A DNA stretch of 64,000 nucleotides, from contig OX597816.1 in the NCBI GenBank assembly GCA_951406725.2, positions 111,662,001 through 111,726,000 of the forward strand, given 5' to 3'. This document shows, piece by piece, positions 53,178 to 64,000 of this stretch. Origin of the DNA: Octopus vulgaris (taxonomy: Eukaryota). The first letter of the stretch is position 1, and each line of letters starts with the position of its first letter. The notes beneath the pieces were generated by a model, which saw only the letters and a program-made list of their open reading frames with translations, had not been told where the DNA came from and made no database searches. The position numbers and the translations under genes are program-made.

Positions 53178-55012
53178 TACCGTATTTGACGGCATATAGG
53201 ACGCACTTTTTTCCAAAAAATTTGGCTAAAAAAATCGCCCTGCGTCTAATATGCGAAGTCAAGACCCTCCCGTAGGCTAATCTTCTCCCAGACGCTCACT
53301 AACCTAGCTTACGATAAGTATTTCTACCTACGCTAACGCCTTAATGATATTTTCCGTACTCATGCATCATTATTTTATTGCTAGTATCATTATTATTATT
53401 ATTACCAGTATTATTACTTTAAAATACGAATTATCGTAAAAATCATAGCAATCTACCGTAAATTGTTAGGCTGCGATTCATGACACACGTTTACTAATAT
53501 CAGCTGATCGGAACCCTAACTCGATGCCATCTGACGGTGAGGAGTAAAACTACGGAATGCACATGATCGTTGCGAGTTCGTGTATATACGGAGGTAGGTT
53601 GGATATCTTGGTACAACAAAGTTTATGATCATAACAAAACACACTACAACAGTACAAGCACCCTCACGGCTATGGCAGCAAAAAGATCAAGCTACAAAAT
53701 CTCCTACAAACTACGAGTGGTAGATTATGCCAAGGAGCATGGAAATAGAGCAGCAGCAAGGGTTTTTGGGCCACCACCTACAGAAAAAATGATACGTGTC
53801 TGGCGACAGCAAGAAGAGCAGCTGATGAGAGCACAGAAAGGTAAACATAACCTTCGTTGCCCAGCCCCACATTGGCCAGAACTTGAGGATGATATAAAAA
53901 CGTGGGTGCTTGATGAGAGAAACTCAGGGAGAAGTGTATCTACCAAAATGATCATTCATGAGGCCATGAGAGTAGCAGTACAACGAGGGATACAGAACTT
54001 TGCAGGAACAGAAGGTTGGTGTTACAGGTTTATGAAACGGAAGGGTTTATCAATGCGTACAAAAACATCCATTGCACAAAAAATGCCTGCTGATTATGAA
54101 GAAAAATTATTAGATTTTCATAGATTTGTTATAAATGCAAGAAAGAAAACTTGTTTTGAACTGGGCCAAATAGGGAATATGGATGAAGTTCCACTCACAT
54201 TTGATGTACCATCCAACAGGACTGTGAGTGTCAAAGGGTCTAAAACGGTTTCGATAAAAACCACTGGCCACGAAAAGACCCACTATACAGTAGCTCTGGC
54301 CTGTTGTGCTGATGGCATAAAACTGCCTCCTCTTTTGATATTTAAGAGAAAAACTCAGCCTAAGGATAAAATTCCAAGAGGTGTACAAGTTCATGTTCAC
54401 GAAAAAGGCTGGATGGACGAAAATGGAATGAAACTGTGGTTACAAAATATATGGTCAAGGCGTCCTGGTGGACTATTAAGAAAACCTTCTCTACTGGTTT
54501 GGGATCAGTTTAGAGCACATAGAACTGAAGCCATTAAAAAAAGGGTGGGAGAATTGAAAACGCAGTTAGTTGTCATTCCTGGTGGACTGACGAGCCAATT
54601 GCAGCCTTTAGATGTGTCTGTGAATAAGCCATTTAAGCAGAACATGCGTGAACATTGGAACAAGTGGATAGCAGAGCCACATCATGCCCTCACACCCATA
54701 GGAAGAATGAAGCGGCCCACCATTGCTGAAGCGTGTGAGTGGGTGAAGAAATCTTGGGATGATGTTAGGCTTGAAATCATTGTGAAGGCTTTTGAGAAGT
54801 GTGGCATTAGTAATGCCCTTGATGGCACAGAAGATGATGCATTATTTGAAGACAGTGATTTCAGCAGTAGTGATGAAGATGTTCCTTGTTTTGAAGATGA
54901 TGAAGACTTTTCTGGTGTAGAAGATGATGAAGAGTTTTCTGGTTAAAAAGATGATTAAAGATGATTACTATTGTAATTTGTATGCTTTCCTTTTGTATGC
55001 TTGCTTTTATAC
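53178..55012 (+). mobile_element. pogo-superfamily (Passer-like, DD35D) DNA transposon, left end intact, right TIR not found
   Basis: TA then CCGTATTTGACGGCATATAGGACGCAC; subterminal inverted copy 53241-53254 matches 53192-53205 at 12 of 14; CpG-rich leader; intact transposase. Confidence 0.9.
53672..54946 (+). CDS. Intact 424-aa pogo/POGK-like transposase (BrkDBD-like HTH, CENP-B HTH, DDE_1)
   Basis: KLRVVDYAKEHGNRAAARVF; WPELEDDIKTWV..GWCYRFMKR; catalytic D in NMDEVP (54182), VWDQF (54503) and QPLDVS (54611) with 35 residues between the last two; acidic tail. The ORF-track start at 53570 is TTG; the first ATG is 53672. Confidence 0.95.
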   Translation: MAAKRSSYKISYKLRVVDYAKEHGNRAAARVFGPPPTEKMIRVWRQQEEQLMRAQKGKHNLRCPAPHWPELEDDIKTWVLDERNSGRSVSTKMIIHEAMRVAVQRGIQNFAGTEGWCYRFMKRKGLSMRTKTSIAQKMPADYEEKLLDFHRFVINARKKTCFELGQIGNMDEVPLTFDVPSNRTVSVKGSKTVSIKTTGHEKTHYTVALACCADGIKLPPLLIFKRKTQPKDKIPRGVQVHVHEKGWMDENGMKLWLQNIWSRRPGGLLRKPSLLVWDQFRAHRTEAIKKRVGELKTQLVVIPGGLTSQLQPLDVSVNKPFKQNMREHWNKWIAEPHHALTPIGRMKRPTIAEACEWVKKSWDDVRLEIIVKAFEKCGISNALDGTEDDALFEDSDFSSSDEDVPCFEDDEDFSGVEDDEEFSG

Positions 55013-55386
55013 AGCAATGGTAGTGGGTACAGACAAACATACACAGATACACAGACACACAAACACATGCACAAACACACACACACACATACATACATAT
55101 ATGATGGGCTTCTTTCAATTTCTGTCTACCAAATCCACTCACAAAACTTTGGTCGGCCCAAGGCTATAGTAGAAGACACTTGCCTAAGCTGAGATGCAGT
55201 GGGACTGGACCTGCAGCCATGTGGTTGGTAAGCAAGCTACTTACCACACAGCCACTCCTTGAACCACTAAGAAATGGGGTAAATACATCAGCATTAGTTG
55301 TCAAGCAATGGTAGGGGGGACAAACACAGACACACAAGCATACACACATACACACACACACGTACACACACACACACACACACACT

Positions 55387-55441
<55 letters not shown>

Positions 55442-55600
55442 GGCTTCTTTCAGTTTCCAACTACCAAATCCACTCACAAGGCTTTGGTTAGGCCCGAGGC
55501 TATAGTAGAAGACACTTGCCCAAGGTGCCACACAGTGTGACTGAACCCGGAACCATGTGGTTGGTAAGCAAGCTACTTACAACACAGCCACTCTGGCACC
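55013..55600 (-). mobile_element. Two tandem SINE family B copies
   Basis: Two heads (CACACAGCCACTC at ~55246-55258 and ~55583-55594), each with the CCACTCACAA...CTATAGTAGAAGACACTTGCC body. Confidence 0.9.
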
Positions 55601-56449
55601 TATGTGCATAAAAAATAGATTATCTTATGTAAGTTTCAATTTTAGATTTCATATACATCAATAATTATTTAACTGTACCCAAATTTTTGTGTATCCTGCC
55701 ATCATATCAATATTCAACAATATTCATTCAATGTTTTGAATGTTAATCTTTTTTTTTCAATTATAATTTGTCAACCAATCAGAATCTATGTTTTTTTTTT
55801 TGTTTTTTTTCGCAGTTCCAGTCTCCAATAATTGTCTCAAAGATTGATTAAGGGCTATTGAGAGTTACTTTTTGCGAAGATTCTGCTTTAAATTAATAAT
55901 TTACCAATTTACTTTTTTGTTGTCTTTTCTTTCTCCCACTTCTAACCTAATTCTTTTATTTATATCTCTCTCAATATATATATATATATTTACAACCTAC
56001 CTACCTACCTACTTGTCTACCTTCTTATTTTCCTGACTATCTATTTAACTACCTACCAAACCACTTACCTACACACCTACCTACCTATCTCTCTGCCTAT
56101 CTGCTTGACTTCCAGCCTGCCCACCTACCTATGTACCTATTTATTTATTTATTTATCTATCTATCTATCTATCTATCCAGCTAACAGTCTCCTTCCCCTC
56201 CTCCATCACTCCATGCCATCATGGAATTACAGACAACAGGACAATTTATGTTAGATTAAGCATGCATCAACTTCCGTGTCATGATGTGACACCATGCATT
56301 TATTAAAGTGAGAATTTTCTCCACTAGATAAACATAATAAACAACTAAGCTAACTAAAACATCATTAAAAAGTAAATACATTCTTAATAAAATGAAAAAC
56401 GCTAAAACATTAACATTATAGCTGAGGTAATACCCAAAATAAACTTACA

Positions 56450-56593
56450 AGGCAGAAACGTTAGCACACCAGGCAAAATGCTTAGCGGTATTTTGTTTGC
56501 CATTACGTTCTGAGTTCAAATTCCGCCAAGGTCGACTTAGCCTTTTATCCTTTCGGGGTCGATAAATTAAGTACCAGTTATGCACTGGGGTCA
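56450..56593 (+). mobile_element. SINE family A copy followed by an RTE C-terminal scrap (56596-56750)
   Basis: GGCAGAAACGTTAGCAC...CCTTTCGGGGTCGATAAATTAAGTACCAG, then KIWNEVMKSDLQALNLTEE. Confidence 0.8.
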
Positions 56594-56756
56594 AATGTGT
56601 AAAGACATGACAATCATTTAAAATAGATAAAGCATGTAGACAAGCAAGATTCGGGAAGATATGGAATGAAGTGATGAAGTCTGATCTCCAAGCATTGAAC
56701 CTCACAGAGGAAGTGACAAAGGATCAGGATGACAAGTAACACATGATTCTTGTGAA

Positions 56757-57580
56757 AATAATAATAGTAATAATAAAACATTGTGTACAGTGCTCAGGTG
56801 CACTACAACTCATCTAAAGTGTATGTATAGTACATAGGGTAATGTACAAGCATCAGGAAAAGAACAGTGCATGAGTCATGACATACACATATGTGTATGA
56901 GTATGGAAGGGGGACAATCAGGTGTAGTTTCGGCGGATTTCGGAAAGCATGAGGGCCTTAAAGGATGCAGTGTCATGGCAGTCAACAACTGACGCAGGCA
57001 GTTTGTTCCATGCTTCAGCAACTCTGAGCGTGAAAAAATGTTTCTGAAAGTCATTGGAGCTGTGCTGTTTTCTGACTTTGTAGGCATGTCCACGTGTGTT
57101 GGACACATGGAGATCAAAAAGGTGTTCAGTGTTGTTGTTGGTGAGGTGGTTGATAACTTTGTGGGTGTTTACCAAGTCCATCGCCAGACGCCGGAGCTTC
57201 AGTGAATCCATGCCCAGGGAAACAAGGCACTCAGAGTATAGAAGGTGTCTGATGGAGGGTGTGCGTTTGGTTGCACGTCTCTGAACAGATCCCAGGAGGT
57301 CAATGTTCTGAGCAAGATAGGGGTTCCAAACTGATGAGGCGAATTCCAAGTGTGGTCATACCATAGCTGTATACAGCTTTAAATAGATGGCTGGAGAGTG
57401 GCTAGCAAATGTCTTGCTGAGTGATGCCAAGACACCCTCGGCCTTCTTGAGAATTTTAGAGATATGCTTTGTCCAACGCAAATCACTGCTGACAGTGATG
57501 CCTAGGTCACGCTCACAAGAGGATTTCTTGATATCAGTGTTGTGGAGGGAGTATGTGGATGCAGGGTTTTTTCTTCCATC
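56757..57580 (-). mobile_element. 5'-truncated CR1-group LINE 3' end
   Basis: RDLGITVSSDLRWTKHI; LEFASSVWNPYLAQNIDLLGSVQRRATK..LRR..DL..TRGH..FFTLRVAEAWNKLP; short 3'UTR with a (TAT)-like tail. Confidence 0.92.
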
Positions 57581-57689
57581 TCAATATAACAGAGATTATA
57601 GAAGTACAATGTGTGTGTGTGTGAGGTTATTTAGAAATGCGTCATCCCCAATGACTGGTGTAGCTACATTATAGTCAGCTGCTAAAAAG

Positions 57690-58020
57690 ATAAGGGAGAT
57701 GCTTTGGACAGAAGTAATTATAGAGCCATCAAATTGCTGGACCAGGTCATGAAAGTTATGGAAATAGTTATAACCCAATTAATTAGGAACAGAATCAGAT
57801 TGTACTTGGCACTTGTTGAGTTGGAGAAAGCTTTTGACAAAGGGTTCCACTACGTGATGTGGTGGGCTCTAAGAAAGTTAGGGATAGATGAATGGCTTGT
57901 GAAAGCTGTACAAGCTATGTACAGAGGTTCTGTCAGTAAGGTGAGAGTTAATCATGAATATAGTGATGAATTTAGTGTACATGCAGGTGTTCATCAGTGT
58001 TCAGTTCTCAGTCCCCTCCT
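57690..58020 (+). mobile_element. RTE reverse transcriptase fragment
   Basis: NYRAIKLLDQVMKVME..LEKAFD..WWALRKLGIDEWLVKAVQAMY..GVHQCSVLSPLL. Confidence 0.9.
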
Positions 58021-58278
58021 ATATATATATATATATATATATATGGACAAATGGGTCGATTTTCTCAAAACAGCCCCAACACCCATCATCTTTCTAATTC
58101 AAATAATTTTTTGACGTAATTAAAAATGAGTAGAACGGCATATTTCTCCAGCTTTTCAATGCTACAACTTATCCTTCTTTCTACCCAGAACCATTTCACT
58201 TGCTATCTACCCTTCATTCTTAATTCTGTCCTCTCCACCCACATTTTAGATTGCTTATCCTGAACCACTTGTCATTTT

Positions 58279-58316
<38 letters not shown>

Positions 58317-58876
58317 CTCAACTTTACCCTCTTTGTTGTATCATTATTAATAATCTGTCACTCCTCACACTCATGCCAGTCGTTTCCAACTCTACCCATC
58401 TCATATGCATCATCAGTCATCTCCATCCCCTTTATACTATTCACTACATCCAGCTCTCAACCTAATTCTCGCAGTTGCTTCTTACTCTTCTCTGCTTTCC
58501 CTACTTATCATCTTTCAATCCTTCAACACACTCTTCATTCATTATAAATGCAACCCATCATCCATTCCCCATCTTTAACCATTTCTCATTCTCCCATACA
58601 CACTTGTAACTTCTCTCTATTCACACTCCCTCTCCCCTTGTCTCCACTCCTATTCACCTCACATCTTGAGAGTCAACCCTGATACCTCATCACCACTATT
58701 TTATCTTTCTGCGACCCCAGTCTACTAAGACCCACTGTCTCTTCTGTAATGTAAGTAACTAAGTAGCCACACTTCGGCAAGAAACTTGTTCTGTTCAGAC
58801 CCCTACTCTCACAATTTAATCCGACATCTTACTTAAAGTGACCTCCCTTTCTACTGTAGTTCCACCCAGTCAAAAT

Positions 58877-59320
58877 GGAGGTGTGTAGCTTAGTAGTTAG
58901 GGTGTTGGACTCATGATCATAAGATTGTGGGTTCGATTCTTTGACTAGGCATCACTTCATTTCACATTGCTCCAGTCCACTCAACTGGCAAGAAAGAATA
59001 ACCCTGCGATGGACCGACATCCCATCCAGGTGGGGAAATATATACACCAGGAAGCTGGGAAACCAGCCCTTATGAATCAGCATGACCCAAGAAGGTAACT
59101 TTAGTTTTACTCAGCCAAAAGGGATCTTAGTCTTGTTGTCACCATAAAAAGAGTACTCAATACATGATGTAAAGTAGCTGGCTTTAGAACAGGGCGTCCA
59201 GCAGTCAAAATCATACTAAAACAGACACTGAGCTATGATACAATTTTCCAGCCCACTGAATTCTGTCAGAACATCCAACCCATGCTTGTATGGAACATTG
59301 ACATTACATGCAGATGATCA
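58877..59320 (+). mobile_element. SINE family C copy (58877-59112) and a degenerate RTE-type tail (59125-59320)
   Basis: Homology to 15418-15670 and the CATCCAACCCATGC tail motif. Confidence 0.75.
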
Positions 59321-59882
59321 CACATGCACACATGTACACACACACACACACACACACACATACATATACAAATATAAAAATACAAATATACATATGTATA
59401 TTTGTCTGTGCACGTTTGTGTGTGTGTGTTCATGCTTGTGTTTATGCTCACATTTGTCCAAAAACCAGTGTTGTTTATGTTATTTTCATTTAAGGTTTGT
59501 AACCCAGTAGTTTGGCAAATGGATATTGATAAAATAAGTAACAGAGACAAATACCGAGATTGTAATTGAGTAAACTCGTGAAAGTTATACTTTAGTACAA
59601 AGCTGACTATGATGGATAAAACAAACTGAAAGGAAAGGACAATGAACTAAGAAAGAAAGTTTGGTTATGTAACTACACAGGACTGTTTGCATGTGTGTGT
59701 GTACATGTTTAGATGCATATGAGTGTGTGTATATATGTGTGTCTATATGTGTGTGTTAGCACATTTAAATCAAAGCCAGTGATAATTAATTGTTCCACTA
59801 AGCTTTCTTATTTTATACAATAAGATTCACACACATTTATATAAACACTTATACACACACAAACACATGAACCCCATTATGG

Positions 59883-59967
<85 letters not shown>

Positions 59968-60258
59968 TATAGATATGTATATATATAAGCATACACACAC
60001 ACACACACATATATTTCAAATATTATATATATATCATATATATATATGTATGTATATGTATATATATATCTATTTATATATGTATATATATATATATATG
60101 TGTGTGTGTGTATATGTATCTATTTATACATATATATATATATATATATATATGATGTTTCTTTTTATGTATAGTTATACTAAACAACATTCAAACATTA
60201 ATTGAAGTATCAGTCAATACATTTAAGTAGCGTATCACATTTATATTTATACGAAAAA

Positions 60259-60460
60259 GGCTGACAGTGACTTTGAAGTTTTGCTGGTCATTGATTTCAT
60301 CATACTATAATTTGACTTATATTTTTTGTTTTTGATTTTTTTTTCCAAGCCTTTTAGATCACAAGATGAACCAAAACTACATAATAGTTTTGAAAAACCT
60401 AAACAACTTTAGAATTTGACATAGCCAGTGACTACCAAAACTTTGAAGTCACTGTCAACC
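60259..60460. repeat. MITE-like inverted repeat, 35-bp core arms, ~130-nt spacer
   Basis: 60259-60293 matches the reverse complement of 60426-60460 at 29 of 35; weaker extension to 60239/60480. Confidence 0.8.
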
Positions 60461-60519
60461 ATCTCCTTATAAACATGAATACATACACACATACATACTC
60501 TTACACACTTACATAGAGG

Positions 60520-60579
<60 letters not shown>

Positions 60580-60793
60580 TATGTGTGTGTGTGTGCGCAT
60601 GTGTGTGTGTGTATGTTTATATTAATATATATAGGTTAATAGGGGCAGGCATGACAGTATGATTAAGAAGTTTGCTTGCCAACTTTTGTTTAATCCCACA
60701 CTATGGTACCATATGCAAGAGTCTTCTATTCCTTGAGAAAACCAAGTCCTTCTTAGGGAATTTGGTAGAGGGTAAAAAAAGAAATTTGTTTAG

Positions 60794-60828
<35 letters not shown>

Positions 60829-60874
60829 GTATGTATAGTACTGGACCTCACCTAAGCTGGACTTTGCTGGTGCT

Positions 60875-61272
60875 AGACCTCACTGGTGATGGTGGCGCAT
60901 AAAAATCATTCAGGGCACCTTGTAAAGTGGTTAGCATTAGGAAGGGCATCAAGCTGTGAAAACCATGCCAAAACAAACCTCACTGGTGCTGGTGCCATGT
61001 AAAAAGCACCCAACCATCCTGTAAGAAGGTTGGTATTAGGAAGGGCACCCAGCCATAAAAACCACAGCATAACAGACCTCCTTGGTGCCAGTGCAAATTA
61101 AAAAGTATCAAGTCTACTCTGTAAGGTGGTTGGTGTAAGGAAGAGCATCCAGCTGTAAAAACCATGCCCAAACAGACTGTAAAACATGGTGCAGTTCTCT
61201 GGCATGCCAGCTCGTGTTAAACCGTCCAACCCATGCTGGCATGGAAAACAGATATCAAATGTTAATGATGAC
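60875..61272 (+). mobile_element. RTE-type 3' tail with three tandem ~100-bp units
   Basis: TGTAA..GGTT..AGGAAG(G/A)GCA..CAG..AAAACCA appears three times before CCGTCCAACCCATGCTGGCATGGAAAA. Confidence 0.85.
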
Positions 61273-62082
61273 AATATATATATATGTATGTGTGTGTATG
61301 TATCTATGCATGTATGTATGTATGTGTTTGTGTGTATGTGTGCATGTGTGTGTGCGTATGTGTGTGTTATAGCCATTTTGTGAGAGCTGTAAACTGAGTA
61401 TCAACATCATACAAGCAGTGTCCTTCATTTCCGATCTTCAGTGAAAACATGTACAGTCAGGGAAAATTATTACCTAGCTTATAAACAGGTGAGGGCTGAC
61501 AACAGGAAGGGCATCAACCATAGAAAATCTGCCTCAACAATTTCCGTCTGACTCCTGCAATCTTGGAAAAGTGAAGGAAAGTGAAATCAATAATAAAACT
61601 AATGATGATGATAATGATGATATACCTGTGGAAATGTAATCATTTGAGAACGAGAGAGAATTTCTAGAACTTTGGTGGATATAGATACCTAAAATGTCGA
61701 GTTAATTAATAGATCTTGAAACAATGGCTTTGACCAAACCACTTTTCTTAGATTTGTATTTTCTTACTTAGCATTGAAATCTAAATAGAGTCTCTTGAAA
61801 TAAAAGAATAAAAGCCACCTGTAATCTTATTTACAAAAGTGAGCTGTAAAAGATGTCTAAAATCTTTAATAGGAATAAAGTATAATGACAGAAGAAAAAC
61901 TTGATGATATAAGAAAGTTTTTAAATGTCAATTAACAATAGACCAATAATTTAATTCAATACTAATAAAACAGCCAGTAAACTTACAAGAGATAAATTAT
62001 TATTAATGCCACACTGATTTCATAGCTATTCTTAAGTAAAATATAAGGTGTAGACTATAAATTCTGATATATTTCAGATTAG

Positions 62083-62925
62083 ATCAATGAAGAGGCTACT
62101 AGAGCCAGTAGTTGAATTGTTGTTAGATTAGAAAAATTCTCAGGAGAATGTACAGACGAAAATATTGATTTTATTTATCTTTTTCTTCTTTATGTTTTGC
62201 CAAGACATAAGGCTAGCACTTAAATGGCTGACACATACCTTACTGGTACTGATTTTATGGACCTTGAATGGATAAGAGGTAAAAAAGTGTTGATAGTAAT
62301 TGAGCCCATATGCTAGAACTATTGGTTTAACATTTTGGCACAAGGCCAGCAGTTTTGGAGGTTATGGAGGTTATACACCAACCTTATTTTATTGACCTCA
62401 AATATGATGAAAGGTAAAAACCGACCTTGGCAAAATTTGAACTCAGAATATAAAGACAGACGAAATGCCACAAAGCATTTTGCCCAGCAGGCTAATGATT
62501 CTGCCAGTTTGCCACTTTACACCTTCAGGAAATATTAATATATAAGTAGCAATATCTGGTACTCTACTTTTAAACATAACTGTGCTACATTGTTTTACAG
62601 ATAATTATGCCTTTAGGCAAAAGAAAATATGATGCATTTTACAAAACATCAGTTGCATAACCTTTATTAAGATGTTGGGGTGTAATCTGAGAAGGACTTT
62701 GCTGATATTTCTAGCAGAGCAGCCAGCGATATAAGAGATTTACTGTTGTTGCTGTTTGGCACTAAGAAAACCCTAATGTTGTAGATCTCTGATGAAAGGC
62801 ATTCCACCCATGTCCATCTGGTAGGTATTTCAGACTAGATTATCTAATTAAATCAATGAAGAGGCTACTAGAGCCAGTAGTTGAATTGTTGTTAGATTAG
62901 AAAAATTCTCAGGGGAATATACAGA
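62083..62925 (+). repeat. 74-bp near-identical direct repeat (62083-62156 and 62852-62925)
   Basis: 72 of 74 positions identical. Confidence 0.95.
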
Positions 62926-63713
62926 GAATGTCTTTCCTTCTATAAGATAGTTGAATGTAAATTGAGTGAGGATTTTCTATTATTTTTAGTAGATCAAGCA
63001 AGCACATAGAAGCTTAAAATGTTATTGCCAGTTTAGTCCCAAGTCAGATCTGGCAGACTGGAACAATAGTGAAAAGTATTCCAATTATAACCTTCTCATA
63101 TATTTTTTACTCTTTATTCAGTCTTACTGTATCTAAGATTATATTATACAATAGTTTCTTGTGTTTTTTTTTTTATGATAATAGAGTTTATTTCTTAGAA
63201 ATTCTTTCAAGTCAGGTGATCATGTAAAGGTTTTTTTATTGGCTTCTTTACTGTGGAACCTAACCTTTGAATAACGTGTGGAAAAATATTGCTTTCAAAT
63301 TTTGGCACAAGTCCAACAATTTCTGAGAAGCAGGAAAACTGATTTCATCACCTCCAGAGTTCAATTGGTACTTATTTTACTGACCCTGAAAAGATAAAAG
63401 CAAAGTCAATCTTGACTGAATTTGAACTCTGAACATAAAAACAGATGGAATGCCATTTGGCATTCTGTCAGTTGTGCAGACAATTTTGCTAGCTCGATGT
63501 CCTACAGATGGAAAAATATCGAAATGTTGAATGAGGGGTCAGCAACCCCTTCTCACAGAAAAAAAAACAAACTAATATGCTACTTCAACCATCTAATGAT
63601 GGCTTGATTTGCTCAGTAACATGAAACAGAAGTTACGATTAAAAACAATTCTGAAGTAATCCGATCTTCTTTAATAAGGTCCCAAAACATGAAAACAAGA
63701 ATGTAAAATATTT

Positions 63714-63948
63714 TTAACCCTTTAGCGATTGGATTACTCTGTGAAATGTAAAGCTTATTCATTCACATTGTTTTCAATTAATCATGCATTATTTTGTAGG
63801 TTTGAAATTTTGATGAGCTAACTTTTAATTTTAGAATGAAGTTGAAAGGTTGGAGAGAGAGGCCAGATCTGAACATAAAACGGTTTTGAACATAAAACGG
63901 GTAGAATATTTTGGTTGGATATGTCCAATTTAAATGCTAAAGAATTAA
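63714..63948. mobile_element. piggyBac-type MITE
   Basis: TTAA-CCCTTTAGC ... GCTAAAGAA-TTAA: TTAA target duplication, with the right GGG decayed to GAA. Confidence 0.7.
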
Positions 63949-64000
63949 AACAGGTTTCTGGTTTTGAAAGGCTGTTGGAAATATCAGCCTGCTATACATG

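Noticed and set aside
53570-53671. 34-aa N-terminal extension of the transposase
   Set aside because: It starts at TTG. Recognisable domain sequence begins after the ATG at 53672.
53725-54400. Antisense ORFs within the transposase
   Set aside because: Shadow frames with no motifs.

Overview
AT-rich, microsatellite-dense eukaryotic non-coding DNA. Its repeat content (RTE tails ending in (GAT)n, R4/Dong RLE retrotransposons, several tRNA-headed SINE families, mariner and pogo elements) suggests an octopus-type cephalopod genome; this is an inference from repeat content only. The single long intact ORF (ATG 53672 to stop 54946) is a pogo-superfamily DD35D (Passer/POGK-like) transposase that keeps its left TIR, with no right TIR visible. 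The rest is decayed mobile elements, simple repeats and a few weak exon candidates; no host gene can be named. Most ORF-track entries are translations of microsatellites. The most unusual signals: a complete minimal type I hammerhead ribozyme inside a (TA)n tract (49442-49484), about 330 bp from a perfect 29-bp inverted repeat; several unrelated long fold-back palindromes (1071-1180, 38548-38772, 43841-44022, 60259-60460); a diverged ~470-bp duplication whose two copies both keep box C/box D-like motifs ~80 nt apart; and a (TAA)n insertion hub holding tandem Dong-like elements. All alignments and counts were done by eye and repeat boundaries are approximate.
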